64,000 bases of DNA from Sulfolobales archaeon. Lineage in GTDB: Archaea; Thermoproteota; Thermoprotei_A; Sulfolobales; NBVN01. Positions 50,645 to 59,120 of the stretch are shown here, piece by piece. Every line of letters starts with the position of its first letter. Position 1 is the stretch's first letter. Under the pieces are notes generated by a model. It worked only from the letters and a program-made list of their open reading frames with translations. It had not been told where the DNA came from and did not search any database. The position numbers and the translations under genes were made by a program. The stretch lies in contig JAOAKQ010000003.1 in assembly GCA_026419835.1 (NCBI GenBank), forward strand, positions 123,237 to 187,236. Direction: 5' to 3'.

Positions 50645-51238
50645 ATGGACGAAACTGGTGAAAGAACGGGGGGTTCTGTAGGCCAATCCCGTGAACACGC
50701 TTTGGGTGATGCGAGATATCTAATCATGAACTACTACGACTCTCTATCTAGATCCTATGGAGAGCTATACTGTCGCGAGCAGATAGCAAAATACTCAAGA
50801 GCTATTAGAGCTGAACTACATGGGAGAGTCCTAGATGTTGGTTGCGGTATAGGTCTTCTCTACAGCTACCTCACGAAGAAACTCCGCACTTTCCCGGAGC
50901 TATACGTAGGGATGGACTTGAGCTCCGAATCTCTTAAGAAACTGAGGTCTAGGTACGGAAAGTCCGGGGTTGTTGAAGTAGTGGCAGCTGATGCGGGGTT
51001 TCCACCACTGAGAGGGAAACCGAGTTTTACCCACGTATACTCATTCACACTCTATACGTGCGATTACGGAGATGTCGGTGCGATCCTAAACCTAGTAGAC
51101 CTCGATTTTACTAAGGAAGTAGTTCTAACACTCATGTGTAGTAGCAAAGAACCTAGATGTCCGGAAGGATTTTCATATGCCGGTCGCTTAAGCAGAATCG
51201 AGATCCTGTGCGTAAGAAGTGCCGCCGGGGGGATTTGA
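50645..51238 (+). CDS. class I SAM methyltransferase
   Basis: YGELY..EQ..KY, LDVGCGIG; 3' end overlaps the tRNA-Phe 3' end. Confidence 0.78.
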   Translation: MDETGERTGGSVGQSREHALGDARYLIMNYYDSLSRSYGELYCREQIAKYSRAIRAELHGRVLDVGCGIGLLYSYLTKKLRTFPELYVGMDLSSESLKKLRSRYGKSGVVEVVAADAGFPPLRGKPSFTHVYSFTLYTCDYGDVGAILNLVDLDFTKEVVLTLMCSSKEPRCPEGFSYAGRLSRIEILCVRSAAGGI

Positions 51239-51304
51239 ACCCCCGACACCCCGGTCTCCCAAAGACCTTCAGCCGGGTGCTCTCCCAGGCTGAGCTACGG
51301 CGGC
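51220..51304 (-). tRNA. tRNA-Phe(GAA) with an 11-nt intron (51256-51266) at 37/38
   Basis: GCCGCCGTAGCTCAG...CCCGG CT GAA G[GTCTTTGGGAG]A CCGGG...TTCAAAT...CGGCGGCA. Confidence 0.92.
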
Positions 51305-51426
51305 ACCAGTAGTAGCTTACTCCGGTAATTATAAATTTTTCTTGAGGAGTTCTCGAAAGTTCTACGGCGATCAGCATCAACATTTAACCTCAGACATTCA
51401 GAGTACCTGTAGACACGGTGTAGGAT

Positions 51427-52563
51427 TTGAGTAAGGGAGCCGGTCTCGCGGGAGAAGCTATTGAGTTGAGCTACGATGACTGGAAGAGGTTCTTTAACGT
51501 AGACATAGCTGGAGTAGCCGTTAGAGCTTCTAGACTCTTAAGTTTGGTGGAGCTACTTAGGAGCGCCGCATCACCCACGGCGGCTGTAAAGATAGTTGCG
51601 GGAGTTATTGGGAGGAATACTGTCGGGCACAGTAGAGACATACAGAAATGCTTTAGAGAATTCTTAGGCATTGAGTGTCTAGGCTGCCGAGAGCTAGTTA
51701 AGAGAATCTCGGTAGGTGTTCCACTAGCTCAAGTCTCTGCGTACGCTAAGCTATCTTTTAAGGAAGCTGAGTGGTTGAACTCTCTCAGAGTTCTCGAGAA
51801 GTTTCTGAGAGAGTCTCTCAAGATAGCTGCCGGTATTGAGCTTAGAGATGAGCATCTTAAGGCTATGGCTACCAAGGACTACGCAGCTCTCACAGGCGAT
51901 CCTCTCGGAGTTTTCAGCATGCTTCGAGGTTTTTACGTAGCTTCACGCAGAATCCTACCTCACTTCAGCCCCCACGCCTTCCTTATTCAAACTCTTAGAG
52001 GAGTTCCTCGCTTCGCTCTCGAGAGACTGGTGGGTAAAGAGGGGCTCGAGGTCTTAAGTAGGTTTAGAATGAGCTTCAGAGAGCTGATACCGTGTGAAAA
52101 TAGTGATTACTCACTGCTTTCACACAGCGCAGGCACTCCCGGCGACTTCATCTCTTCGTCTATAGACCTGGTCTTCAGACTGCATGAACTCGGGTCCTCG
52201 TACCGCCTGAAGCACTTAAGAGTGAAAAACGAGAAGGAGGTATTCCTCGATAAAGCTACGCTAGCTGTAGACCGTGTGGCTGAGTGGCTGAGTGTTAAGA
52301 GAGAGTTCAGCACGCTGTCTAAGCTGCTCTTAAGCGGCGGGCGGATCGTGGAGAGGCTCACTACTCTTCAGATAGTTAAAGTGAGGATAGAAGCGGGGAA
52401 GCCAGCTCGACGCGTAAGTATTGGAGGTAGAGAGCTGGAGGTGGGGGAGTTTATGAAGGGGTTATCTCCCTACTCCGTGCTCGGTTTAAGTAGGTTCGAG
52501 AATTTGGTGGATAGAGGTGCGAGTATCGAAGCAGGCTTACTAGTCTACTTGAGATCGAGGTAG
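51427..52563 (+). CDS. hypothetical protein upstream of the solo cas4-like gene
   Basis: 378-aa ORF; no motif recognised. Confidence 0.6.
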   Translation: MSKGAGLAGEAIELSYDDWKRFFNVDIAGVAVRASRLLSLVELLRSAASPTAAVKIVAGVIGRNTVGHSRDIQKCFREFLGIECLGCRELVKRISVGVPLAQVSAYAKLSFKEAEWLNSLRVLEKFLRESLKIAAGIELRDEHLKAMATKDYAALTGDPLGVFSMLRGFYVASRRILPHFSPHAFLIQTLRGVPRFALERLVGKEGLEVLSRFRMSFRELIPCENSDYSLLSHSAGTPGDFISSSIDLVFRLHELGSSYRLKHLRVKNEKEVFLDKATLAVDRVAEWLSVKREFSTLSKLLLSGGRIVERLTTLQIVKVRIEAGKPARRVSIGGRELEVGEFMKGLSPYSVLGLSRFENLVDRGASIEAGLLVYLRSR

Positions 52564-52569
52564 TGCGCG

Positions 52570-53202
52570 ATGTCTTCAAATAGAGGGATTCTCGATTTAG
52601 TTGAGGTCATGTACTCCTTTGCTAAAGCTGAGAGAAGTAGGTATAGGAGAGAAAGGGGGGTCATTTGGGTTACGGACCTAGTCAGATGCCCTCTAAAGAG
52701 AGTTTACGAAGACCGCTACCCAGATATAGCACTGCAGGAACTCTTCAAGCCGAGTTTAATAATTGGTACGCTAGTACACCGCGGCCTAGAGAACCTGCTA
52801 AAGGAGGTAGTTAAAGACTACTCTATCGAGGTAGAAGTTGAGGGAGCTAAAGACGTGGTCCTAGACGACGGTTCGGTAGTTTCAATTAGGGGGAGGATCG
52901 ACGTGCTCTTAACGAGAAACTTCGAGAAGGCGGCTGTTGAGGTTAAGACTTCCAGATCGGATAGGAACATACCTCAAAAGCACCACGTTGACCAGGTCAG
53001 AGCGTACAACTGGTTATTGAATTTAAGCGGCTCTATACTGCTCTACATAACACCGACTAGAGTTACTCAGTTCTACGTCGAGGATAGAATGGACGATGCT
53101 GAAGTAGTGAGTAGAGTCACCTCAAAGAAAGCTCCTAGATATAGCTGGGAGTGCTCGTACTGTGTGTTCTCGGTGTTATGCCCCTACAAAACTGAGGTGT
53201 AG
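52570..53202 (+). CDS. cas4: solo Cas4-like PD-(D/E)XK exonuclease with Fe-S cysteines
   Basis: WVTDLVRCP, GTLVH, GRID, EVKT, QVRAY, ECSYCVFSVLCP. Confidence 0.85.
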   Translation: MSSNRGILDLVEVMYSFAKAERSRYRRERGVIWVTDLVRCPLKRVYEDRYPDIALQELFKPSLIIGTLVHRGLENLLKEVVKDYSIEVEVEGAKDVVLDDGSVVSIRGRIDVLLTRNFEKAAVEVKTSRSDRNIPQKHHVDQVRAYNWLLNLSGSILLYITPTRVTQFYVEDRMDDAEVVSRVTSKKAPRYSWECSYCVFSVLCPYKTEV

Positions 53203-53209
53203 TGGAGAA

Positions 53210-53941
53210 GTGGCGGTAAGGTATTGGCGAATGCCGTACAGAGTCCTTAAACTCGAGCCGATTTACACTGGAGTTCTAGTAGGGAGAGTTGGAAGATTCG
53301 TTGTTCAAGTAGACCTCGGTGGGGAGGTCGTTCTAGCTCACAATACTAACACCGGTAGACTTCTCGATGTACTGGTTCCAGGTAGAAGAGTGCTTGTTGT
53401 ACCTATAGAGAGTAGACTTCGGTATAGGCTGGTTGGTGTCGAGGATAGCTCGTTGAGCTGCTTTTACATAGTAGATGTAGCTACTCAGTCCAAGGTCTTC
53501 GAGAAGTCTATAGAGCTAGGTCTACTTCCCTACTTTAGTGGGTGTAAGATAGCTAGGCGAAACCCTCTAGTAGGTAGAAGTAGGTTAGACTACGTTCTAG
53601 AATGCGGTCTCAGAAGGGTTTTCGTTGAGACTAAGAGTGCCGTTATGAGAGGACCTGGGGGTGAAGCTATGTATCCCGATTGCGAGACAGAGAGAGGTAG
53701 AAGACATATCGAGACACTCATAAGGTTGGCATCTGAAGGCGCAGTCACGTACCTAGTATTCGTATCGGCTATGTGCTCAGTTACGCGCTTTAAACCGAAT
53801 ACTAGTGGAGATAGAGTAGTATTTCAGCTAGTGTCTGAAGCTGTTAAGAGGGGGGTTAACGTTAAGAGCATCTCTGTTTACATGGATGCCGATGGGGTTG
53901 TATATCTCGAAAACCCGGACCTCCCCCAAGATAAAGCCTAG
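53210..53941 (+). CDS. sfsA: SfsA family DNA/RNA nuclease (start approximate)
   Basis: GRF, HNTNTGRL, SRLDY, VETKS, YPD..TERGRRH. Confidence 0.9.
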   Translation: MAVRYWRMPYRVLKLEPIYTGVLVGRVGRFVVQVDLGGEVVLAHNTNTGRLLDVLVPGRRVLVVPIESRLRYRLVGVEDSSLSCFYIVDVATQSKVFEKSIELGLLPYFSGCKIARRNPLVGRSRLDYVLECGLRRVFVETKSAVMRGPGGEAMYPDCETERGRRHIETLIRLASEGAVTYLVFVSAMCSVTRFKPNTSGDRVVFQLVSEAVKRGVNVKSISVYMDADGVVYLENPDLPQDKA

Positions 53942-54028
53942 AAACCCGCGAACAATAGAAACACGGAAGAATCTGAACGATAGAGAGAAGAAAAGCGGAG
54001 AACAGAATCTAAACGATAGAATTGAAAT
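53921..54028 (+). CRISPR. leader plus degenerate two-repeat mini-array (copy B)
   Basis: truncated repeat GAATCTGAACGATAGA 53969-53984, 20-nt insert, repeat GAATCTAAACGATAGAATTGAAAT 54005-54028. Confidence 0.75.
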
Positions 54029-54684
54029 AGTAGTTGCTCTAAGTTAGTGATTGCTATATCAGGTCTAACAGTTCTATCAATTCCGAGCCATTCAGCATAG
54101 GGGTCTGAACTAGACCTAGCTACGTAGATAGTCTTTAAGCCAAATACCTTCGGGTAGTACACATCGAAAGTGTAGTTATCCCCAACCGCTATTCTCACAC
54201 CTCCATCACTCGGTGTAGAGTAGAACTTAGCGCAGTTTTTAAGACAGCCAACTACATCGGGGGTAAGCACCAAATCAAAGTACTTGCTCAAGTCGAGAAG
54301 CTCTATAACACACTTCTGGTACTTGAGTAGGCCGTTGGTAGCTAGAGCAAGAACTCTAACTACAGACCTCAGTCTACTTAGAACTTCGTGCGCGTTGTCT
54401 AGGACCTTCGAGGACCCGCAGAGTTCCTCAAACCTTCTATCTATCCTAAACCCGGGGCTAGTACCGAATGCCCCCGAAACCTTCTCGTAGATGTAGTCCC
54501 AGTCGAATGCTAGCGGGTCAGACCTCCTTACGAGGTCTATGTGTATTCTCCAGGAAGTAAGCTCCACTTCCCTCAATCCGCAACCCGCTTGCTCAGCGAT
54601 ATGTTCGTAGGCTTCTCTTATAACACTGGAAATCGGACTTACTGCGAGAGTACCATCTAAGTCTACGTACACCACGTACTTCAA
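53938..54684 (-). CDS. HAD family hydrolase
   Basis: DLDGTL, ATNG, VGDN..FDV; last ~27 codons read through the repeat element. Confidence 0.85.
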   Translation of the reverse strand: MKYVVYVDLDGTLAVSPISSVIREAYEHIAEQAGCGLREVELTSWRIHIDLVRRSDPLAFDWDYIYEKVSGAFGTSPGFRIDRRFEELCGSSKVLDNAHEVLSRLRSVVRVLALATNGLLKYQKCVIELLDLSKYFDLVLTPDVVGCLKNCAKFYSTPSDGGVRIAVGDNYTFDVYYPKVFGLKTIYVARSSSDPYAEWLGIDRTVRPDIAITNLEQLLFQFYRLDSVLRFSSLYRSDSSVFLLFAGF

Positions 54685-54778
54685 GTTAAGCGCCCCGAGA
54701 GCACGCGCAGATTCTTTAACTTATAACTACGTAAAGCATTAAAAGCTTAAAATTCTTTGATAACTCTAACTCTACTAG

Positions 54779-55261
54779 GTGCTTAGAGTGTCTCAAAAAG
54801 CTGAGAAATCGGTATCTAAGGAACTTAAGATGGTGTCCAGACCTGTTGTAACTGTAGATGATGCTATGAGAGATGATAAAAAAGTCGGTCTTCTAAGTAT
54901 CGTGAAGGCCTTGGGTGAAGTAAGTGAGAGAGGGTTAATTAACTGTCTCTACATTCTTAAAACAGAGAAAGGGAGAGACGCGGGGTACCCGTTCCAGGTG
55001 ATCGGTTCAGTGGTAAATAGCAGAGAAGCGCTGGAGGATATTAGAGTTCTCCTGTACTTAGGTCTAATAGAAGTTACTGAAACCAGGAAACTCAGGCTAA
55101 CTTCTCTGGGAGGTGAAGTATTAGAGAAAGTAAGTAGCAAGCGGAAAGAGGTTATGGAGGAACTATCGAAAACGGTGGAGGAAATAAAGCAGAGAGTTCT
55201 ATCTGAAGATAGCCTACTGAGCATGCTATCTACAGGTGGTAGAGGGCGTAGACGTAGGTAG
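54779..55261 (+). CDS. hypothetical winged-helix-like protein
   Basis: LLYLGLIEV...LRLTSLG. Confidence 0.6.
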   Translation: MLRVSQKAEKSVSKELKMVSRPVVTVDDAMRDDKKVGLLSIVKALGEVSERGLINCLYILKTEKGRDAGYPFQVIGSVVNSREALEDIRVLLYLGLIEVTETRKLRLTSLGGEVLEKVSSKRKEVMEELSKTVEEIKQRVLSEDSLLSMLSTGGRGRRRR

Positions 55262-55313
55262 CTTAGATCGATATTTAAGTTTAAACTTAATAACTGCTGG
55301 TCAGGTGGAGCTA

Positions 55314-55619
55314 GTGGTAAAAGCATCTCGAGGCTTAAGACATAGAACTAGGAAGCTCTTTAGAAAGAATGTGAGAGAAAGAGGTGCCGTACCTCCACTT
55401 AGCTTAGTTATGAGAGAGTACAACGTCGGCGACAAGGTACATATAGTACCCAACCCAGCGGTCCACGAAGCTCTACCCCATAGAAGATACGTAGGTAGGA
55501 CCGGAACTATAGTTGGTAGAAGAGGTAGAGCTTACTTAGTAGAAGTCGCTGTAGGTAGTAAGAAAAAAACGGTCATAACCGTTCCAGAACATTTGAAGCC
55601 GGCTCAGATCGGTAGTTAG
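55314..55619 (+). CDS. rpl21e: 50S ribosomal protein L21e
   Basis: SRGLRHRTRKL, PHRRY.GRTG, PEHLKP. Confidence 0.96.
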   Translation: MVKASRGLRHRTRKLFRKNVRERGAVPPLSLVMREYNVGDKVHIVPNPAVHEALPHRRYVGRTGTIVGRRGRAYLVEVAVGSKKKTVITVPEHLKPAQIGS

Positions 55620-55628
55620 GGAAAGATT

Positions 55629-55961
55629 ATGAAGATTCTTGAAGTAAGTAACATACCCCTGGCTCTCGCACTTAAGAAACTTCTTGAATGTGAGAAAAGG
55701 GGGTTGATAGTTAAGGGATTAGCGAAGAGAACTATGGAGCTCGCCGAATCCTTAAAGAGATGCGAAAACCCGGAGAAACTATACGAAGAACTGGTTAAGC
55801 TCGGTTTAAGCGACTTAACGGCATCTATGGTGGTAGATACAGCTCCGAAGAGTATCGATGAAGTGAGAATCTTACTAAGCTTCGAGTCTTCTAGTAGTGT
55901 TGGTGAGATAGTTTCTCGAGTAGTCGAATTGGTATCTACGTACTGCTACAAGCAGTCCTAA
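55629..55961 (+). CDS. rpoF: RNA polymerase subunit Rpo4/F
   Basis: position between rpl21e and DUF655; VDTAPKSIDEVRIL. Confidence 0.8.
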   Translation: MKILEVSNIPLALALKKLLECEKRGLIVKGLAKRTMELAESLKRCENPEKLYEELVKLGLSDLTASMVVDTAPKSIDEVRILLSFESSSSVGEIVSRVVELVSTYCYKQS

Positions 55962-55983
55962 TTACGCTTACTTAAGTGATATT

Positions 55984-56643
55984 ATGAGTTTAAAGGATAG
56001 AGACTACTGGCTAAGACTAGTTAGTAGAGAGGACTACGCTCTAGTTCTAGACTTTCTGCCTAGAGGTAACCCCGTCGACCCCCACCACCCATCGCATCGA
56101 GACCGCCCCATAGTTCAGGCAGTGGGGTGCCGGTACTTTACGTTAGTAGAATTCCATCCCAAGCCCGGAGTTAGCATTGTTATTGAGGAGAAGGTCTACA
56201 TAGGCTTTGCGAGGCGTGAACTTAGAGATAAGGTAGCGTACGTCTGGGGAGAGCCTATAGCGTATGAAGACTTAACAGCTATAGCTAGGTCTAACCTTCC
56301 TTCAGCTATTCAGAAGATCATTCTAGAGTTTGAGAAGGAGTTTACTAAGTTCTTCAATACGGCCCCATCTCTAACTATTAAACTCCATACTCTCGAACTA
56401 ATACCTGGAATAGGTAAGAAAACCTTGTGGGTAATTCTCGAGGAAAGAGCGCGCGGAGCGTTTAAGGACTTCACGGACATTAAAAGCAGAGTTAAAGGAT
56501 TCGATCCCGTAAAAGCACTAACGGAGAGAATACTAAGTGAATTAAAAGGTGCTGAAAGGTACTACCTCTTCGCTCATCCACCTAAAAACGCCACAACTGC
56601 GGTATACTTGGACTACCTGAGCAGACTCTACATGGAGAAGTAG
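55984..56643 (+). CDS. DUF655 family RNA-binding protein
   Basis: EDYALVLDF, LHTLELIPGIGKK. Confidence 0.9.
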   Translation: MSLKDRDYWLRLVSREDYALVLDFLPRGNPVDPHHPSHRDRPIVQAVGCRYFTLVEFHPKPGVSIVIEEKVYIGFARRELRDKVAYVWGEPIAYEDLTAIARSNLPSAIQKIILEFEKEFTKFFNTAPSLTIKLHTLELIPGIGKKTLWVILEERARGAFKDFTDIKSRVKGFDPVKALTERILSELKGAERYYLFAHPPKNATTAVYLDYLSRLYMEK

Positions 56644-56650
56644 CTGGGGT

Positions 56651-57376
56651 GTGAAGATCTCCTTTAAAATAAGAATAGTTCTAGTCGAGCCGGAGGGAAG
56701 AATGAACTTCGGTCAAGTACTGAGGCTCAGCAAGAACTTCGGTATTGACGATGTATGTGTTGTCAACCCGAAAATCGATCTTAGAGATAGGGAGGTTGCG
56801 GAGTTTGCCGCTGGTGGTGCCGACCTCGTAGAGAAAGTTAAAGTAGTAGACGCCCTAGGTAAGTGTCTTGAGGACATAGACTTCTCAGTGTGCACGACAT
56901 CTATTGCTGGAGCTCCTGAAGACCCTCTAAGACAGGCGGTCTCACCAAGAGCTATACCTCTACTACTCCCCAGAAACTCTAAGATAGCTCTAGTGTTTGG
57001 ACGTGAGAGCGTTGGGTTAACGAGGTCTGAGCTAGCTATGTGTTCTCTGGTCTCTACACTAGTAACTCCTTCGGAATACAACGTACTCAACATAACTCAC
57101 GCAGTAGCGCTCTATCTCTACGAACTCGTGGGGCGCGATTTTGAAGACGTAGTTGTAGGTGAAAGATGTCCCGCGAGCTACATGAAGATTCTCGCTAGGT
57201 ACCTAGAGAAGCTTGGAGAATCCTACGGCTTAACTCGGTACGAAATTGCGGCACTTAAGCATGTCTTAAGTAAGGCTTTGCTAACTAAGGTTGAGTGTAG
57301 AACTCTGTATAAGCTTCTTAAGACATCTCTAGCTATCTACAGTAAGTTCTCTAGGAGAGAGTTGGAGATGGAGTAA
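56651..57376 (+). CDS. TrmJ-like SPOUT tRNA methyltransferase
   Basis: IVLVEPE, NFG, VFGRESVGL, LNITHAV. Confidence 0.85.
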   Translation: MKISFKIRIVLVEPEGRMNFGQVLRLSKNFGIDDVCVVNPKIDLRDREVAEFAAGGADLVEKVKVVDALGKCLEDIDFSVCTTSIAGAPEDPLRQAVSPRAIPLLLPRNSKIALVFGRESVGLTRSELAMCSLVSTLVTPSEYNVLNITHAVALYLYELVGRDFEDVVVGERCPASYMKILARYLEKLGESYGLTRYEIAALKHVLSKALLTKVECRTLYKLLKTSLAIYSKFSRRELEME

Positions 57377-57494
57377 GTACTGAAGAAGTGTAGCGGAGAC
57401 TACGGGTTGCTACTAGCTTTCTTAGATTGCGGGGGCTCAGCGAAACACTTCAGATACTTCAACCCGTGATCGCTTAAGCACTTAAGAGCTTGAC

Positions 57495-57608
57495 CACTCC
57501 CAAGATAAAGCTTAAAAACCGCGGACGATAGAAACACGAGGAATCTGAACGATAGAATTGAAAGAATAGAACCTCCCTCAACAAGGTCTCTCCCACGGAA
57601 GTGGAATC
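57495..57608 (+). CRISPR. leader, repeat, 39-nt spacer-like segment and repeat stub (copy C)
   Basis: repeat GAATCTGAACGATAGAATTGAAAG 57541-57564; 57565-57603 unique; GAATC at 57604. Confidence 0.75.
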
Positions 57609-58569
57609 AGCTTACATCTAGTTTGAGTACGTTCTTGACTATGCTATCAACTACTTTATGGAGAGGTTCTTTCCCTATAGTTACCGAGGAAGCTTCTGCG
57701 TGACCTCCGTAAGCACCACCTAAAGAGCTCGCAATAGATTGGGAGATATTTAAAGCATCTCTACGAGTGGACCTGATAGTTACAACAATCTTGTCCTGCT
57801 CTTCTCTAACTAGTATCACGCTCTTTCTGTAGGTCTTAGAAAGCTCCGTAGCGGCAACACCTATTAAACCAGCAAACGCTCTCGAAAGCGAGAGGTTTAG
57901 AAAAGCCATCTTAACTCTACCCGCATCTAGAGAGTCTTCAGATAGTACTCTCAGTAAATTTCCTAGAAGAAACTTAGCTCTCCTAGCTCTCAACCTCACT
58001 ACGGGGTCCTGAGACGGGTACTTAGACCTCATCATTAAGTCGATTAGGTACTTCATAAACCCCAGGTCGCCCGGGTCTAGCGCAATTGACATTCTAATAG
58101 AGTCTACGAGGTTTAGCACGGACTTATCGATATCTGAACGCGGTGTTTTCCCCTCACATATATCAGCTACTTCTACGAGCATATCTTCGTACGGATTTAG
58201 TGGCGTTCCAATGATTTGTGCGAGTAGTCTTGGAGTTGAAGTAACTTTGGAGTACAGTACCTTGATTTTCGGTTCCAGTTTCTTTATGAGTTGCTCGGAC
58301 GTAGCGTGGTGGTCTAAGAAGATAACCTTCTTATACCTACCGCTCACGCTTTCGAGGATATCGACTAGCTTATCGCTTAAGGCTATATCGAGGATTACGA
58401 GCTCACTTCCACCGGATGCCACTCTCTTAATGTCTGTGTGAGCTCTCCAAGGGTGCGTAACCGCGATCGCCAATCCACTAGGATACAAATCTTTGAGATA
58501 CCTCTTTATGTACAGATACGCAGCTATAATTCCATCGCAATCACCGTGAAACACCACTGAAACACTCAA
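57607..58569 (-). CDS. DHH family phosphoesterase
   Basis: HGDCDG, ILDIA, DHH, GGHAEA. Confidence 0.85.
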   Translation of the reverse strand: MSVSVVFHGDCDGIIAAYLYIKRYLKDLYPSGLAIAVTHPWRAHTDIKRVASGGSELVILDIALSDKLVDILESVSGRYKKVIFLDHHATSEQLIKKLEPKIKVLYSKVTSTPRLLAQIIGTPLNPYEDMLVEVADICEGKTPRSDIDKSVLNLVDSIRMSIALDPGDLGFMKYLIDLMMRSKYPSQDPVVRLRARRAKFLLGNLLRVLSEDSLDAGRVKMAFLNLSLSRAFAGLIGVAATELSKTYRKSVILVREEQDKIVVTIRSTRRDALNISQSIASSLGGAYGGHAEASSVTIGKEPLHKVVDSIVKNVLKLDVS

Positions 58570-59120
58570 CCACTCCTACCTCCACACACACAAGACGATA
58601 CCCGATAAATTCTTTTAGACGCGACCGGCAGGTCATTTCTCTAGGCGTTTACGTAACCTGCAGCTAGTTCTTAGAATTTGAAATAGCGCTGGGATCACAG
58701 TGCCATCTGAGAACCTCCCATTGAGAAGAGCGGGTAAGGTGCTTTACGTAACGTTCTTGATAGGGTGTCGGCAGTAGCTGGAAGCCCCCTATGCTAGCTC
58801 CTTCTTAGAGCGCTCCCGCATTGTGACTCTCTTCACTGGAGCGTACTAGGTACACGAACTGGTGGACTACTTATCGATAGTGTGGTATGTTGATAGGAAG
58901 TTGACGCGACCCCTTAAGCTCGAGGCACGTTTTAGAGGATTTAATTTCCTGAACGTAGTGTCCACCGACACCAAGTCTAAAACCAAGATAGGTACCGAAC
59001 GTGGAGTCCTAGTCTTGCTGTAGCCTAGAACAGTTACAGTTTCAATTATCTTCACGCATAGAGTGCTTATCAAGTACGGGTACGTCTCTATTGAGGCGTG
59101 AGTAGTTGCGAATTTTAGCG

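Noticed and set aside
45967-51304. Possible integrated element between tRNA-His and tRNA-Phe
   Set aside because: No integrase or att-like duplication seen, and it contains core genes such as taw1.
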